This document shows, piece after piece, positions 1 to 13,914 of a DNA stretch of 64,000 nt (position 1 is its first letter; each line of letters starts with the position of its first letter). The translations under genes were made by a program, and so were the position numbers. The stretch covers positions 19,344,001 to 19,408,000 of the forward strand of contig CP075492.1 of the NCBI GenBank assembly GCA_021613535.1, in the 5' to 3' direction. Under the pieces are notes generated by a model that made no database searches, was not told where the DNA came from, and saw only the letters and a list, made by a program, of their open reading frames with translations. Origin of the DNA: Adineta vaga (lineage: Eukaryota > Animalia > Rotifera).

Positions 1-1649
1 TCAGGATATAAGTGAAGCTTGTACGCACGCCTTACTCACTCACACCCTTCATCCTTTTATTTTTCTCTATGATTTTCAACTAGTCCTAACACAAATATAT
101 CCTTATTTATTATCTTCGCAACAAATAATTTAGGTATTTATTGGAGTGGTGTCACATATCCCGCAGATTGGGGATGGCGGGAGATGCCTGTGGATACCCT
201 GAAAGAGTCCCTACCTAATATTATTTCGAATTTCTTACTCATTTTTGGAGTCTGTGGATAGCGGCATATGCATATCCCTAGGGAGATGACTCATATCCCG
301 CATCTCCATCTCCCGTCTCTAAGAAGAGGGTCAGAGATGATAGGCGGGTATGAGTGAAAGTGGGTGGGTGAGAATGTCAATGTGTGTGCGGGTGCGGATG
401 CGGGTGTGGGTGTGGGTAAGGATAACGATGTGGGTGGTTCTAAGATGCATGTAATACTCCCACCCACACCCACACCTTAATATAACGAATGCAATAGTTG
501 AAAGCTGCATTGTTGGATAAATATGCATGTTATATGTCGAAATGACTCTTTCGAAAGGAAAAAACCGAGCGGAGAGGATGATAAAAAAACCCAAATAAAG
601 CCGACTATGTGTTAGTCATACAGTGAAGAGAGCCGGGCGGCACAACGAAAATATATTCTTGCACGTTCTCCTCTTCTAAGGTTTTGGGGTGTGAGTGTAA
701 TAGATTGAAAAGAAACTTTAACCCATATCCCCACCCTCAATATTCAATAGCTTAGCTTTTATTATCAATTCGATTTCCATTTCAAATTAAAAAAATTATA
801 ACCGAAAAAGAGTTTTTATTGGTGCATATATCATTGTAATGCTGTCTGCCATTCTTAATTCTCGCTTAGTATTACCATGAATGAATGTTGTTGGGTGATG
901 CAACTTTGTGTTCTACTAGTCCGACATATCAATACTTTTATTCTATTGTAAAGTTTCTTCATATTAATTTGTGTAATATTTCTCAATTATTTTTCTAAAG
1001 ATGTGGCCAATTTTACTAATGATTTTTCAGATAATTTTGCCAATAATACTTCTTCTCGCATTTAGTATAAACATATTTATTGAACTTTTTCATCAACAAT
1101 AACAAAAATTAGAATTCAAACAAGACCCACACCACAACAATTATTTCAAATCAATAATTTTGCTATTTTAGTTGTTTCAATCAATTATATATTAAGTTTA
1201 ATACAAAAAAGATTCGTTTTTTTAGAAAACATTCTTATATTGTTTTAGGCTTCTTTTTATATTCATTGTTTAACAATTCGATTATTTCATCAAAACTTTT
1301 TCAATGTAATGAACATCCTTCGAAATCATTGTGTAGCTGTTGCCATATACAATTCACAGGCACTGAATCAACTCAAAAATCAACTATTTCGTTTACGTGA
1401 AATTTAAAAAAAATTGAATTTTTGTAATAGTCTGAATGCTAATTCAATAAATTTCTTTCTCACTTAACGATCATTCGCGTCGTTCCATAAAAGTAATTTC
1501 AATTGAGTATGTTTTCATTAAATTTTCATAATCCGATACTTCCATGTTTTTCTTACTTGATCCCATATCTTCACTCTCGGAAAACAATTCAACAAGTTTT
1601 TCTTCTACTAGGAAAAACAAAAGCTTCATGTGAACGATCATATTATTAA

Positions 1650-3152
1650 TCAGTCGAAGTCAATAAACACCCCTATATGTTTAGGTAATATAGCCAGTCC
1701 CATTGAATGTCCACCAGTATTGATTTGCGAACCACCATCACGAAATGTGACATATTGCATCAATCGAGCAGCAATGACTTTCAATTCGAATCGAGCAAGA
1801 TCTTGTCCAACACATTGACGATGACCACCACCGAATGGAATGAATGCATAAGGATGATAATTTTTATCTTCAGTGAGAAATCTTTCAGGATAAAAAATTT
1901 CTGGATCAATCGACCAATATCGAGAATCATGTGCAAGATTATAAAATGGAATCATCACCGAATCACCTTTGAACAATTGAGTATTCGTTGCAGGTAATCG
2001 ATCATTCATAGTTAATGTACGAATTGTACCAGTAGCAGGTGGAATATATCGAAGTACTTCATCGATTACACAGTTCAGATAGACTAGAGAATGAAGACGA
2101 TCAAGTGATAAATCATGAAGACAATCTTTAGCTATTAATTCTGCTTTGATCTTTTGTTGTACTTGTGGATGTTTACTTATTAGATGAATAAACCACGCTA
2201 ATGTTGATGATGTTGATTCAAAACCAGCTATTAAAAAAGCTACCATTTCATCGACAACTTCATTCTTTTCTAAAGAATCAACTAATGAAGCAATTAAAGA
2301 TGTTTGCTTTCGTTGTTTGATTGATTTAAAATGAATTGCTTGTTCATATTCAATCATTCTATAGATATATCGTTCAATAATTGTTCGTGCTTGTCGTTGT
2401 CGATAACTGAAAGTAACATAGATCTTTGCTATAATTTTTGGTAAAGCAATTATCTTCATAATACTATTGATGATCGTTCGTAATGCTTGAGTAAGTTCAT
2501 TCTTTTCTGAAATATTATCATCATCATCATCATCAAGTGTTTCTAAATCATAATTAAATCCAATCAATCCAAAAATAGCAAGTACAAGATTATGACATTG
2601 ATTTACAATATCAATATGAATCGTTTTATGATCAGTTGTTTTACGCCATTTGGTTAATAATTTATCAGTACAATTAATAATTAAATCGAAATTGTGAACG
2701 AATTTATTACGTCGAAATAAAGGTAAAATAATCGAAGCATGTCGTTTGAATTGATCACCTAAAGATTATTCTATATAGAAATATAATAATATAGGGAACA
2801 AACCTTTAATTGAAATAAGACTTTGAGAATAACTGACACTAAATTTTTCGATAAATATATCACCTTGATCATAAATATTTCTATGAGTAAATATATGTTC
2901 GACATCAATGATATTATTAATAATAATAAAACGGTAAGGACCAAACCAAAATTGAAAGATATCACCAAAACACTTTTTGAATGTTGATAAAATCTGAGGT
3001 GGAGAGTTACCATTAAAAAAACCTGATTGAAATAAATTTCCAAATAGAAATTGAGGCGGTAAACCAGGTATAGGACCATGAAAAGTAAAATATTTCTGTT
3101 TCAAATAAAATAAGAATAAAATGAAAGTAATGATTATCAATACTAAAATCAT
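1650..3152 (-). CDS. Cytochrome P450, 2 exons (3152-2804, 2758-1650; 45-bp intron)
   Basis: N-terminal membrane anchor followed by a Pro-rich hinge (GPIPGLPP). I-helix AGFEST, K-helix EVLR, PERF and heme motif FGGGHRQCVG are present. The GT..AG intron at 2803-2759 joins the two ORFs in frame (IKG/DQFKRH). Confidence 0.95.
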
Positions 3153-3396
3153 TTGTTTCTATAAAATTATTAAAAAGAAATATTGACGTATACGTCGTAA
3201 AAGAAACAAACACGTGCTAATGTATTTTTCTTCTTTCTTTCTTTCTTTCTTTCTTCGTTTATGCATTACCATAACAATCGTTTTTCTTTCTCTTCCTATA
3301 GTTGATAGAAATTCATGAAGTAAACAATTTGCAATGTCATTTTTGAATTCTTTTACACGATTTCTTGAAATTTAATTAGATCATTATCTCCTGTAA

Positions 3397-3447
3397 AGGG
3401 TATGGGTGAGTGCACATCTATTTATGATTTACACCCACACCCTCAAG
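3397..3447. repeat. Telomere-motif hairpin element
   Basis: AGGGTATGGGTGAGTG-spacer-CACCCACACCCTCAAG. Confidence 0.8.
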
Positions 3448-3873
3448 ATTTGAATATATGAAATAGATTCTAATGATTTTAGAAGAAAAAATTTGTTTTA
3501 TCTATCAAAATCTTCGTAATTGGTCATAATAGATTATATTTTTAATGGAAAAGAAATCAGTCGTTTCCAAAACTAATGAAATTAATCAATATGAATGAAA
3601 AAGAAAGAAAATTATAAATAAAAATTTGAAAGAAAAAAACCAAATCATATAAATATATATAAAACACAAACAAAACGACAAAGAAAAATTACCTGTTGAA
3701 ATTTTTGATTTCTTCACGTTCAAAGATGTTATGAAAGCTTTTTCTCATTTTAATAAAGTATGAGAAAATGTTCGATATTAATCTTCGTTCACTTACTCTT
3801 AAATATGGTACCGAAAATCAATTCAATAGTATTCGTCCACAATATTTTCCTCAACTTGAAATTCTTCGTATTT

Positions 3874-4373
3874 ATGCAAAGTAACGAATATAATCATTTA
3901 ATTACTGAGATTCGTGAACTGGCACTGTTGGAATCTGAAGGTATATTAATATTGGAGTACGATCCATTAGTACACGTTATAAGTGGTGAACCGCCACCTA
4001 GTCGGAATGAAATGATGTTCATAATTGGATCCGCTTAGACAAAAATTCACACGTCATCTATGGTCGAATTTTACCAAGAACAGAACCGTATTCAACTACC
4101 AGAGGGCTATTCATTCAAACGACCTACTATAACTCTCGTAGGTCCTATTTATCATCCGAATGTGAAAAATTCTGATCATCACTGCTGTTGCTGGGGCTTC
4201 GATACGTTGAATTTTCCACCAACAAAGGCCATAGCAACTATATGGTTAGAGTAGTTCTCGATTTTATTGGAAGCGTGCTAGATTCAAACCATGTCACGAA
4301 TACTTGGGATCGTTTCCGGGAATATGAAAATAACCGAGAACATACACTCTGGTACGGACGTCCTCGCTACTAA
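3874..4373 (+). pseudogene. Divergent ubiquitin-conjugating (UBC-fold) gene with in-frame stop and frameshift
   Basis: LPEGYSFKRPTITLVGPIYHPNVK matches the E2 core (P..YPF.PP.V.F.T.IYHPN). TAG at 4036-4038 lies between two same-frame ORFs, and the frame changes near 4230. Confidence 0.6.
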
Positions 4374-4812
4374 CTATTGAAAATACAGATCTTTGTTGTG
4401 TTCATTATTTATAATAAAAAGTTATATCAATAGAAATATGCGACGCAATTTTTTAAATGATATCAGAATTCAAAAGAAAAGTATAATATGATCAAATGCA
4501 TCTATGCTTCTTTGACTATTGAAAAAGTATCTCGGATGGTATTCTATGAAGTTATGTTATTTTCTTCTATAGATATCGATATCGAAGACTTAAGAACACC
4601 CACAAGATTTTATTATACTATCGTATGATTGATCTTCTTTTAATAAAATCGTTTTGTAAAGTTGAAATATTCTTATATTATGTCAGCGATTTAATCCTTT
4701 GGTTGATATTTTTAGTGAGATTAACAAAAGATAGTCTCTGTTTTTACATATATATGTATGTCAAAAAGTATTGATGCTAACACGCAAAGACAAATTAATA
4801 TATTTTTTATCA

Positions 4813-5452
4813 ATGAATAAATTCAAACATCGCCTACTCATCTTTCTATTTCTAAATATTTTCATCAATTGTAAGAATATTAATGGTACGTATTAAATGA
4901 TAATTTGTACTAACAAGATGGTATTTTAAACATAAATTAGAATTAACTGATACGAACTGTTGTATTTTAAGGTTGGCCAATAAATTCATCTGGAACAGTT
5001 CAAACTAATTGGACTGGTACTTGGCATGGTATAGTTGATACATATCCCAAGGGAGAATTGGGTTATGGTTGGAATGTGACATGGGAGATTGGAACATATC
5101 CAATGATTGATAATACTTGTACAACATGGCGAGCCATTTATACAAGAGAATGATGTAGTTCAAATTGATAAAAACAACCAATTTTGTCGAGGACGTGATT
5201 CTAATGATTTGTTTATTCGTGAAAGTGGTGGTGGAAAGATTGCAGTACAACAAATCCATGATGAATTAATATCACCATTTAAATCTCAGAATGCATTTGT
5301 TGTCGTTCGCATGCGAATGCGTGAAGATATTCTTGAAGAAGAAGTTTTAATGACTGATGACAATCCTGCTATTGAAAATGTCATCGTATCTCTACGAATA
5401 ACAGAGTGTACATAAAATCAAAATGAAACGAATGTCTATTTATAATGTTTAA
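4813..5452 (+). pseudogene. Secreted hypothetical protein, 2 exons, two 1-bp frameshifts
   Basis: Signal-like exon MNKFKHRLLIFLFLNIFINC, intron about 4886-4971, then GWPINSSGTVQTNWTGTWHGIVDTYP...CTTWRAIYT. The frame shifts at ~5145 into the 5107-5415 ORF and again at ~5400. Confidence 0.6.
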
Positions 5453-5837
5453 GATTCTATTTTTGTATCTTCCTTATTAATTCTTTTTATGATTATCTCT
5501 TTAAATATATTACCCAAGTCTAACACGTACAGTTCCAACAACAGCTTAAAACGGGTTCTGAATATAATGTTTGGAAATCTATCGTGGGCTTCTCCTAACG
5601 AGCAACGCAAGCTGGTATGAACTTGTACAACTACATCGCCCTTAACTACAAACAACGTAACTACTCGTTCAATTCTATAGAACATCAACCCTCCACGCCT
5701 GATGTTTTACCATGTAATCCATAAAATACTAAAACTCGTAAATTTCAACAACCCTGATATGTGTGGAAATCGTTTAGTTATGGTTAGATCGTTGATCGGA
5801 GTAGTCGTGGTGGAACTAGTTCGAAATAGCGAAATTG

Positions 5838-5881
5838 GAGGGTGTGGGTGCGGATGTTCAGTCTTCATCCACACCCTCAAG
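5838..5881. repeat. Telomere-motif hairpin element
   Basis: GAGGGTGTGGGTGCG-GATGTTCAGTCTTCAT-CCACACCCTCAAG. Confidence 0.85.
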
Positions 5882-7189
5882 ATGGGATATGAATGATTTT
5901 TGATACTGTAGTATCTTGACAAGAGAACATTATTTTGAGCTGAAATTTTCAGGACTTTCTACTCATCAATAGGCTATTTTGTGAGCAAAATCTCAGATCA
6001 AAATATCGCCATTCAATTCTATCGTACATACCATATGTGAGCCTAACATTTTAGTAAAATGCCTATAAGTCTGGACAGAAGGCCTATGAGGCCTTCTCAT
6101 TTTAGGACTTTTCATACTTCACCAAGATCTACTTGATGCACCGAGTCTGAACTCAAAAGCGATTGGACAGTTGAGACCGGTCCCTCGTAAGAATACTTCT
6201 CATATTCATATTCATGACCAACATAGTTGATCAATAGCGTTCATTAAAAAAAATTAGATCGTTCACAATTTTCTTTCGTTAATAAAACCTTGTATTAATA
6301 TTTATTCTATAATAGAAAAAAAGCTATAAAGCAGCCCATTCTTAAAATGATAAAATATAATTAATATTTTATAAATAAAAATCAGATGTTAATTTTTACG
6401 CATAATTTAAATTGAATTTAATCATTAAGAACATATTGAATGATAATAAAAATAACATTATAATTGATTGTTTAGAAGCTGATGCTAAAATTTAGAAAAT
6501 TTCAAGTTTTATAAAAAAAACAGACATGTTAAATGAAACAAATCTTCTTTAATAAAATTCTACAAAAACTATAATATAATCGATATATTATAAAATATCT
6601 CATATTTCAATGTCTTTTTTATTCTGTTACAGATCTTTAGACAGATGATATCTTTATCTTATAATAGAATGACACAAAAATATTAATATAAACAATTGTA
6701 GAACATACAATATTGAAAATATGTATATGTATATGATACTGCAATTTTCCTCAAGATGATACATTAGGTTTTTCCCAATATGTTCTTACATATAAATAGG
6801 TTGGTGTTCTCATCTCTCCAGATGTGTCCATTATGATTGAAAAAAACTGACCACTGCCGCGCAGAAATGATAAAAGAGAGAAAACATGACACGATGGTTA
6901 TCAGAAAAGTGTCTTTAGTTTTTCCGAATGTAACTGTTTTGGATTAGAATTTTTCTCATTAATTGATCATATTTATCAAATCTCATTATAGTACAATTGA
7001 AACATTGAATTGGTTTCACCATATCGTGCCACCATGAACATCTGTGCTTCTCTTTTCATTCAAAATTACATTTACTTAAGCTATTTCTTTTGTTCTTGTT
7101 TCTGTTATTACTGTTTAAGTGACTTTTCCCCATCAATTGAATTTACAGATTTAACAGAAAAAAAACTTAGAGTAAATAATAATTATTCA

Positions 7190-10100
7190 CTAACTCTTAA
7201 TTAAATGTGTCTGTCCTGTCTGTGATGAGCTCTTGTTTCGACCAACTCTTGCTAGAATGTCTCTCACGTCTATGATAAGCAGTTTTCGACATGTTTGTTA
7301 CATGTGTATGGAAAGGGAATGAGTTAAACTTTCTATTCTTATGTACTTCAACCAAGGAAAAAAGCGAGACTTCTGTACTTCCGCCGTACGTCCATCATAC
7401 TTCTTTTAGATCGTCTTACACAGTAATTATAATTTTAGTATACTTACAAGTCGTAGATACTTGTGAAGATGAACTTTCGGTTGTTAATGTTGATGGATTG
7501 TTCATATTAATAAAATGGACAGTTGATGAACCCGATGCAACAATTGAAAAAGATGTTGTTACATTTGGATGATTTGTTGTTATTACTAATATATATCTAT
7601 TATGATTTTGTAATGAATATCTTAATAAAAATTGTGAAAATCCACCACTATCATTGTCAGAAATAAGAAGATTTTCTGACGTATTATAAGAATTAAAAAT
7701 TTTTAAATATAAATATCCATAAGTATCAACAGAATCATTAGTATGACTTTGAAATGTATAATCACCATTTTTAACGATAGATAATATTATTGATTCGTAG
7801 TAATATATGTCTGAGTTTGCTTGTCGATTAAATATAAAACTATTTTTTGTCAATTCACTTGAATATATCGATTTATATTCATTTGAGGTTATTTCAGTTG
7901 ACGCTAAAACAATTCATTTAGAATAATAATAACGCTCTATAAGTTTATCGCCCGTTAGGGTCAGTCACTGTTATTATGTAGGTTCCACATGCAGCCGGGT
8001 TCTTTCATATTTTTCTTTTTACAGACAGCGATATCTACATCTTCTTCCGTCTAACATACTGATTAACGATGTAACCAGTACACTAGTGTATGAGTCATGA
8101 TTCATTCAAGACACTTTAGCTATTAATTATCTGTTCAGGGTCACATTTCATGACTGATGATACTGAAGTTTGAATACAGTACCTTGCGAATACGTGCCAA
8201 CAACATAATCAATCAGCCATAGTGAATCTTAGAATTATAATATGAAGAATAGTTTCTATAGTCAACTAAATATTTTAGCAACATCAAATTCCTATTCAAT
8301 ATTTCGAATTTAATCATTAATGAAAGAAAAAAAAACAGATGACTTACTAGAAAGAGTTGTTTGTGTTGTCCTATTTCGTGGTACAGCTGAAGTACTATTT
8401 AATTTGTTAATATTAATTGAAGTTAATCCAGATATAATTAATGTGTAATGAGCGATAGTTAATGGAGAATGTGTTGTAAAAACTAATACATATGTTTTAT
8501 TTGAATCAAGATAAACTGTAAATCGAAATTGTGAATTTTTTTCATTTCCCTCATCTGATTGAATTAAATTTGAACGTGGATAATTTGGATTAAAATTCAT
8601 AAAATATAAACATCCATATGTACTTATTGAACTATTACTTTGAAATATATAATAATTTGATGATGATACGTGAATTTCATAAGATTCATAATAATAATAA
8701 TAATTTAGATTTGAATCTTCTAAACGATCATAGATTGAACTATTTATTGTTAATGATGAAAATACTGTTGTATTGATAATATATAAATTAACTTAAAAGA
8801 AAAAGAAAAAAACAGGAAAATATATCTCTATTTGGTTTTGTTTTTCTTATAAATGTAACTAAACCTGATGTTGTTGTAGGTAATGTTATTCCAGTTAATG
8901 AACAATTATAAAATAATCTAATTTCATAAATATCAATTGAACTAAGATTGAAATTTTCTCCAATATCAACATTCGGTGTAATTGATTCAATTGTTGGAAA
9001 ACCATTTGATGAAAAATCATATTTACCATAATGCATAATTGATAAATAATCATACGGTGTTCCAAGAGTATCAACATAAGAATTTTTATATTTTTCAAAA
9101 TTATGTTCTTGTCCTTTTTTTATTTCATTAATATAAATTCAAACAAATATCTTTTAAATATATATCTACCTGCTCTTATATTTGAAAAATTAACTCGAAC
9201 ATAATTATCACGATCTGGTCGAGCTTGTTCATGATAAAAACCTTAAAATATATATATTTAATACAATATATTAAATGATTGAAAATTGAAATGCAAATCA
9301 TAACCATGATGTTATCTTATTCGTTAGTTAACTTTTATACAAAAAAAATTATTGTCATCATCCTTAGAGGATTAAAATGTGAAACATGAATTAACTACGA
9401 TTCTCTTAATAATTTTCATCAACTGAATTATAAACAATTTATCAAAGCGTTCAATAGAAGAGTTCGTCGTATTTGATATTATAATTAATTCAAAGTAATT
9501 TAACATATTAGAACATTCCGACCGGGCGGCAAAACTTTCGAAGTGCTCCCATATGTATCTGTTACAGTCAAAGATCCGTCTGTGGGAGGAGAATCTAAAC
9601 TTTTCCCCTGAAGTTCAACACTCTTTTGCAGTTCGTATTATACAAAACAGAGATTTATTCTAGCCTTCTATAAGAAATTAGTATGGTTTCATAAAGATTT
9701 CTGTTAAACCCTATAAGCAGTATGACTCCTCTGTGGAAAAATATCTTTCTCCACTCTGTAAAATTCAATTTCCTATTTGAAAATTTTGCCATTTGAAAGA
9801 GAAAAAACGAATTCTAACCTAAAGTATGTATCAATTCATGCATAATAATAGCTTTTGTTAAACATCTAGGGTCTTCTAATGAAACAACTCTGTCCATTTG
9901 AACACCAGTAATTTGTCCAATCTTAAAATAAAACTTTAAAACAAAAACTAAAATACTGAAAAAATATTTACAGAAGAATAACATCCGTTATCACTTTTAA
10001 TAATTATATAATATTTATCTGTTGGAATTCTTGGTCGAAATCGAATACATTGAACATTATTAATTGCAATTATACGTTCTAATTCTTGAATTGTTTCAAT

Positions 10101-10618
10101 TATAAATAATCTATCCTTAAATTCTAAATAATACATAAATAATTATTTTAAATATTATTTTAGAATAAAAACCATAGTTATTTGATATTTCATATGGAAT
10201 AATTCCATTTGTCCATGCTACAGAATCACCACGACGGAGAACACCACGCTAAAGTTTTACGAAAAAATATTTTAAAAGAAAAACTAAAATGTATTATTAC
10301 TGATGTCAATTTAGATGATGGAGGAAGAAGAATATCACCTTCAAACAGATCAGCTGAAAAATAAAAGAATTCTTTTTATTTTAATATGTTAACATTATTT
10401 CATTTGAAGAATTTTAGTATAAATCATTGATTCATATCAAACTTACGTTTTTTGTCGAGATTTTTCTCTTTGAATGAATTCATCTTGTATAAATAGATAA
10501 AAATAATAATATTTATTTTAGTATTTTACAATACAATTTATACTTTTGATGTTGGAAATCCATTTATTTTAAGTAAAATAATAGAAACAATAATAAATTT
10601 GAATAAGATCTTTTTCAT
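7190..10618 (-). CDS. Astacin-family (M12A) zinc metalloprotease with two C-terminal PPC-like domains, about 11 exons; 3' end uncertain
   Basis: The spliced translation gives signal peptide MKKILFKFIIVSIILLKING, prodomain DLFEGDILL, WTNGIIPYEI, and CIRFRPR. The zinc motif HELIHTLG/FYHEQARPDRD is split by the 9818-9243 intron, and the Met-turn SIMHYG follows. Two related domains (TYGxLY...NLxxxD...SQF...YxLVxTT) lie at ~8350-8780 and ~7450-7900. Confidence 0.9.
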
Positions 10619-10996
10619 ATTTCTTTTTATAGAAATATCATTACTTTGTTTTGAAAATTATCTAAAAACAAATCTTTTTCCTTTTATTCTCCAAATATAT
10701 TGTTAAACATCGTTTGAATTTTCTTTTACTATTTCATATAATTTATTTTTATATCAATAATTTAGATTTCAAGTCATCTCATATTAATTTGATTGGCGTC
10801 ATAATAATATTATATTGAATATTCATATTTTATATACTAGCATAACTCATTATCGATACTAATAGTAAAGAATCTCCTTTCCATAATCTTATTATCTTTT
10901 TGTTACTGATGTCATTAACTATCCCTATATATTCTAAAAGATGAAGAAATTGTGTACATTTCGTGCAATATCGTAGCTGCGATTAGTTTCTCGATA

Positions 10997-11689
10997 TTAG
11001 GTTATCAACAACGTTTTTGCGTTTTTTTTTTCAAAAATTTTATTTTATTTGTTTTTAACTCTAATACTACAACTAGCTTGCAATTATATATGCACCATCT
11101 TTATCTATGACTTGTCACCAACGCTTCGCCAGAGATAAGATCCCGCGTTCGTAGATATCTCAAGACTTTTGACCAACGAAGCTGACGAGTTCGAATTTGA
11201 TATCGTTCTAGTTCTCGAAATTTTTCTCGCGCAAATGGCTAAAGACAGAACGAAACAAATAGTAATCCGTTGGAGTCAGATCAGAAGAATATGACGGATG
11301 AGAAATGGTAAATCATATAGGCTTCAATAATTTTTCGTGCGTCGACATGCAAAAAGTAAACTCGATCTTGTTTTCCCTTCAGTTATTCAGGAACCTGGTC
11401 TAATTCTTGACAATAGAGATCAGCAGTGATGGTGCAACCCTTTCGAAGAATTTTCCAGTAAATACTTTCTTTGACTTCCCACTGGCGGCGTAACCAAAAA
11501 TTATCGGGTGAGTAGGCGCGCCGCCTACCCATATCCTGCCTATGATCAACATCCATATCGATGACTTTATTATTATTCGACAGATATTCACGCTCTCTTT
11601 ATATACTCACAGTATGGAAACTTCCAGAACTTTCTCGGATGTTTGAGAGAATTTTGAAAAAAAACGCAAGAACTTTGTTGACAACCCAA
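10997..11689. mobile_element. Non-autonomous mariner-like element (MITE), 693 bp
   Basis: About 38-bp imperfect TIRs (TTAGGTTATCAACAACGTTTTTGCG... / ...CGCAAGAACTTTGTTGACAACCCAA), each flanked by TA. No transposase ORF. Confidence 0.8.
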
Positions 11690-13327
11690 TAATATTCAAG
11701 TTTATTAAATCAAAATGACTTGAGGGACAGCCTGTATTCAGTAAATTATTTATACTAGTTCTCTTTTATTTTTTTCCGATTATTTTGATATTATTTGTAT
11801 TTTGTTCAAGGGAATACGGAAAGATGTGCGAGAGTATTAAGGGAGTACTAAGGAAGAATATGAAAGTATGGGAAGTACAGAAGTCTCGCTTTTCTCTCTA
11901 AATTCCACTTCATTTTCACAATATGTTTCCAAATATTGTGCATTTCTTCTCAGAAATCTAATATTATTCAAGTGAATCCAAAATAGGCATGTATGGAACT
12001 CGGGTACAGACCAGGAGACCTGAGTTCAATTATTATCGATATCTAAATATAAGACATAATCATGCATAAGACTCAGAAACGACCGAATCTGGGAATAAAT
12101 CGAGAATACTAGGTTTAATACGTACCTAATATGGACCAAAGTGAATGACTGAAAGAACTTGAGAAGTTTGAAAAGGGTGCATGCCTAATCCAAATGATTC
12201 TATACGTCATAATATATTCACTTTAATTTTTATTTATTAAAGGTGAAATCGATCTTATGACTCGGATAAATAAAAGGTAATATTTTGATTCCCTGAGATT
12301 AAGAAAAGTACATCATGAATTCCGTCATTTTATTTCTGATGAAAATAAAACTAAGAACATATTTAACTTCTTTCGTTTCTTCTGCGAATTGAAAATTGAG
12401 ATTTTGCAAATAGAAAGTCGAAACCCTGCAAATATTCGCACACAAACAAAGAAAGTATTATTTTACACAATATTGGATATTTGTTGACGCCTGTTTTTAC
12501 AGATCTAATTAACTAACAAATGGCGCTCACCCTTTGGATTAGCTGGCCCTTTTCTGAAAGAATCGCAATTAGTGCTCAGGATACTCAAATACTTCTGATA
12601 AGAGCCACTGTGATGTAAACATCACTTAAGCTTCCACTCAAAGAACTTCTCTTCAATGAAACTGAGTTGCTTTATAGCAAAATTCTCAGTAAGAATTTAT
12701 TCTTTTAAGCATGAAACGAAGTTATTTTCAGTCTTGTCATAATTACAATAAGCAACGCATTCTAATTGCCAGTGAACACGCTTACGATAAGATAAGGATT
12801 TGCTATGGCTCTCGAATCAAATTTCTTGACTATTACCCAGAAAAATCTTCTACTCTTACTCATTGTACTTACATGCCTCTCAAACTAAAGCTTAGTCATT
12901 CGCTTGCCTCCTTTCAGTCGGCCACTCAAGACTAGCCACTGGGATGCATAGTCTCTTCTCTATTTTCTGCTTAATTAGAAGAGGATTCTTACCCATCTGA
13001 GAAATAGGCTGCTTACAGTGTCATAACTCGTAATCGCAGACTGACAAAATTTACATAACAGTGTATGGTTTTCGGTACAGATTCCATCCTCGCCATAGTT
13101 TTTCGGAAGATGATAATCTCTTGGGTTTGTTCGAGAAGATTCATCAATTAAGTTCCTTCCAACAATCGTTCAACCCATCTAAGATTCATGTAAAAGTATA
13201 ATTAGAAGTATAACTCTCCATATGAACGGCTAGCCGTTTCTATGAATACCACCAGTATCTCGTTCACTTTTGACACAGTTTTGAACCAAATAAATAAATT
13301 TTCTTTGATTTCCTCCTACTGTTAAAT

Positions 13328-13575
13328 AAATGCGGAAACTTCGGATTTTATCCGAATGTTATGTGTACTTCAAAAATTATATCAGATAGAAGACATAATA
13401 AAGTCATACCGAAATATCACTATTTCCAATAACTCACAAATCGTTCGTCTGATCGGGCGCTTCTTCAAACTCAAATGAGGTATCATTGTCGCAATACTCC
13501 GTAGAAAATTTCATCAGAACTGTACCAATACTTCAGGAATTATCGTATCTATGAACGGATGAGCAGACGTACTAA
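13328..13575 (+). mobile_element. Degenerate HINE/DINE-1-like repeat fragment
   Basis: The start AAATGCGGAAACTTCGGATTTTATCCGA is shared with 33316. The block 13462-13560 aligns by eye with 14775-14880 and 34118-34215. Confidence 0.55.
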
Positions 13576-13914
13576 ACTGTTCAAGCAGTCCACTCAGCTT
13601 TCGTCATATGAAACAAATTACCTGGCTTATGCATATACCAACTATTTTCATCTTGTCGGCTACCATAAAACTTTACATAGGTCAACTTATTATCTTTACT
13701 ATTGTGCCAACACTTTATAAACGTTTCTGTAGACCTAGGAAGCCACCTGAGAAACTATGACGGCCTTATCTACGTGAAACATCTTGATTGACACTTCACC
13801 CAGGTTAACCCCGCCCTCATCGTCATCCACACTCCTTCCTCATGTTCCAACAAGTTCTCAACATTATTTCGTGCCTAGGAGACCATCATAGCAACTTTGA
13901 AAACTTTACCGATG

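Noticed and set aside
150-330. Repeated CATATCCC / GGGAGATG motifs
   Set aside because: Likely the interior of an old MITE; boundaries could not be defined.
800-1620. Coding-like minus-strand stretch downstream of the P450
   Set aside because: Multiple stops and no family that I could recognise.
1630-1997. Plus-strand ORFs overlapping the P450, and similar antisense ORFs over the vWA, Kelch, NHL and GPCR genes
   Set aside because: Shadow frames of real genes on the opposite strand or in another frame.
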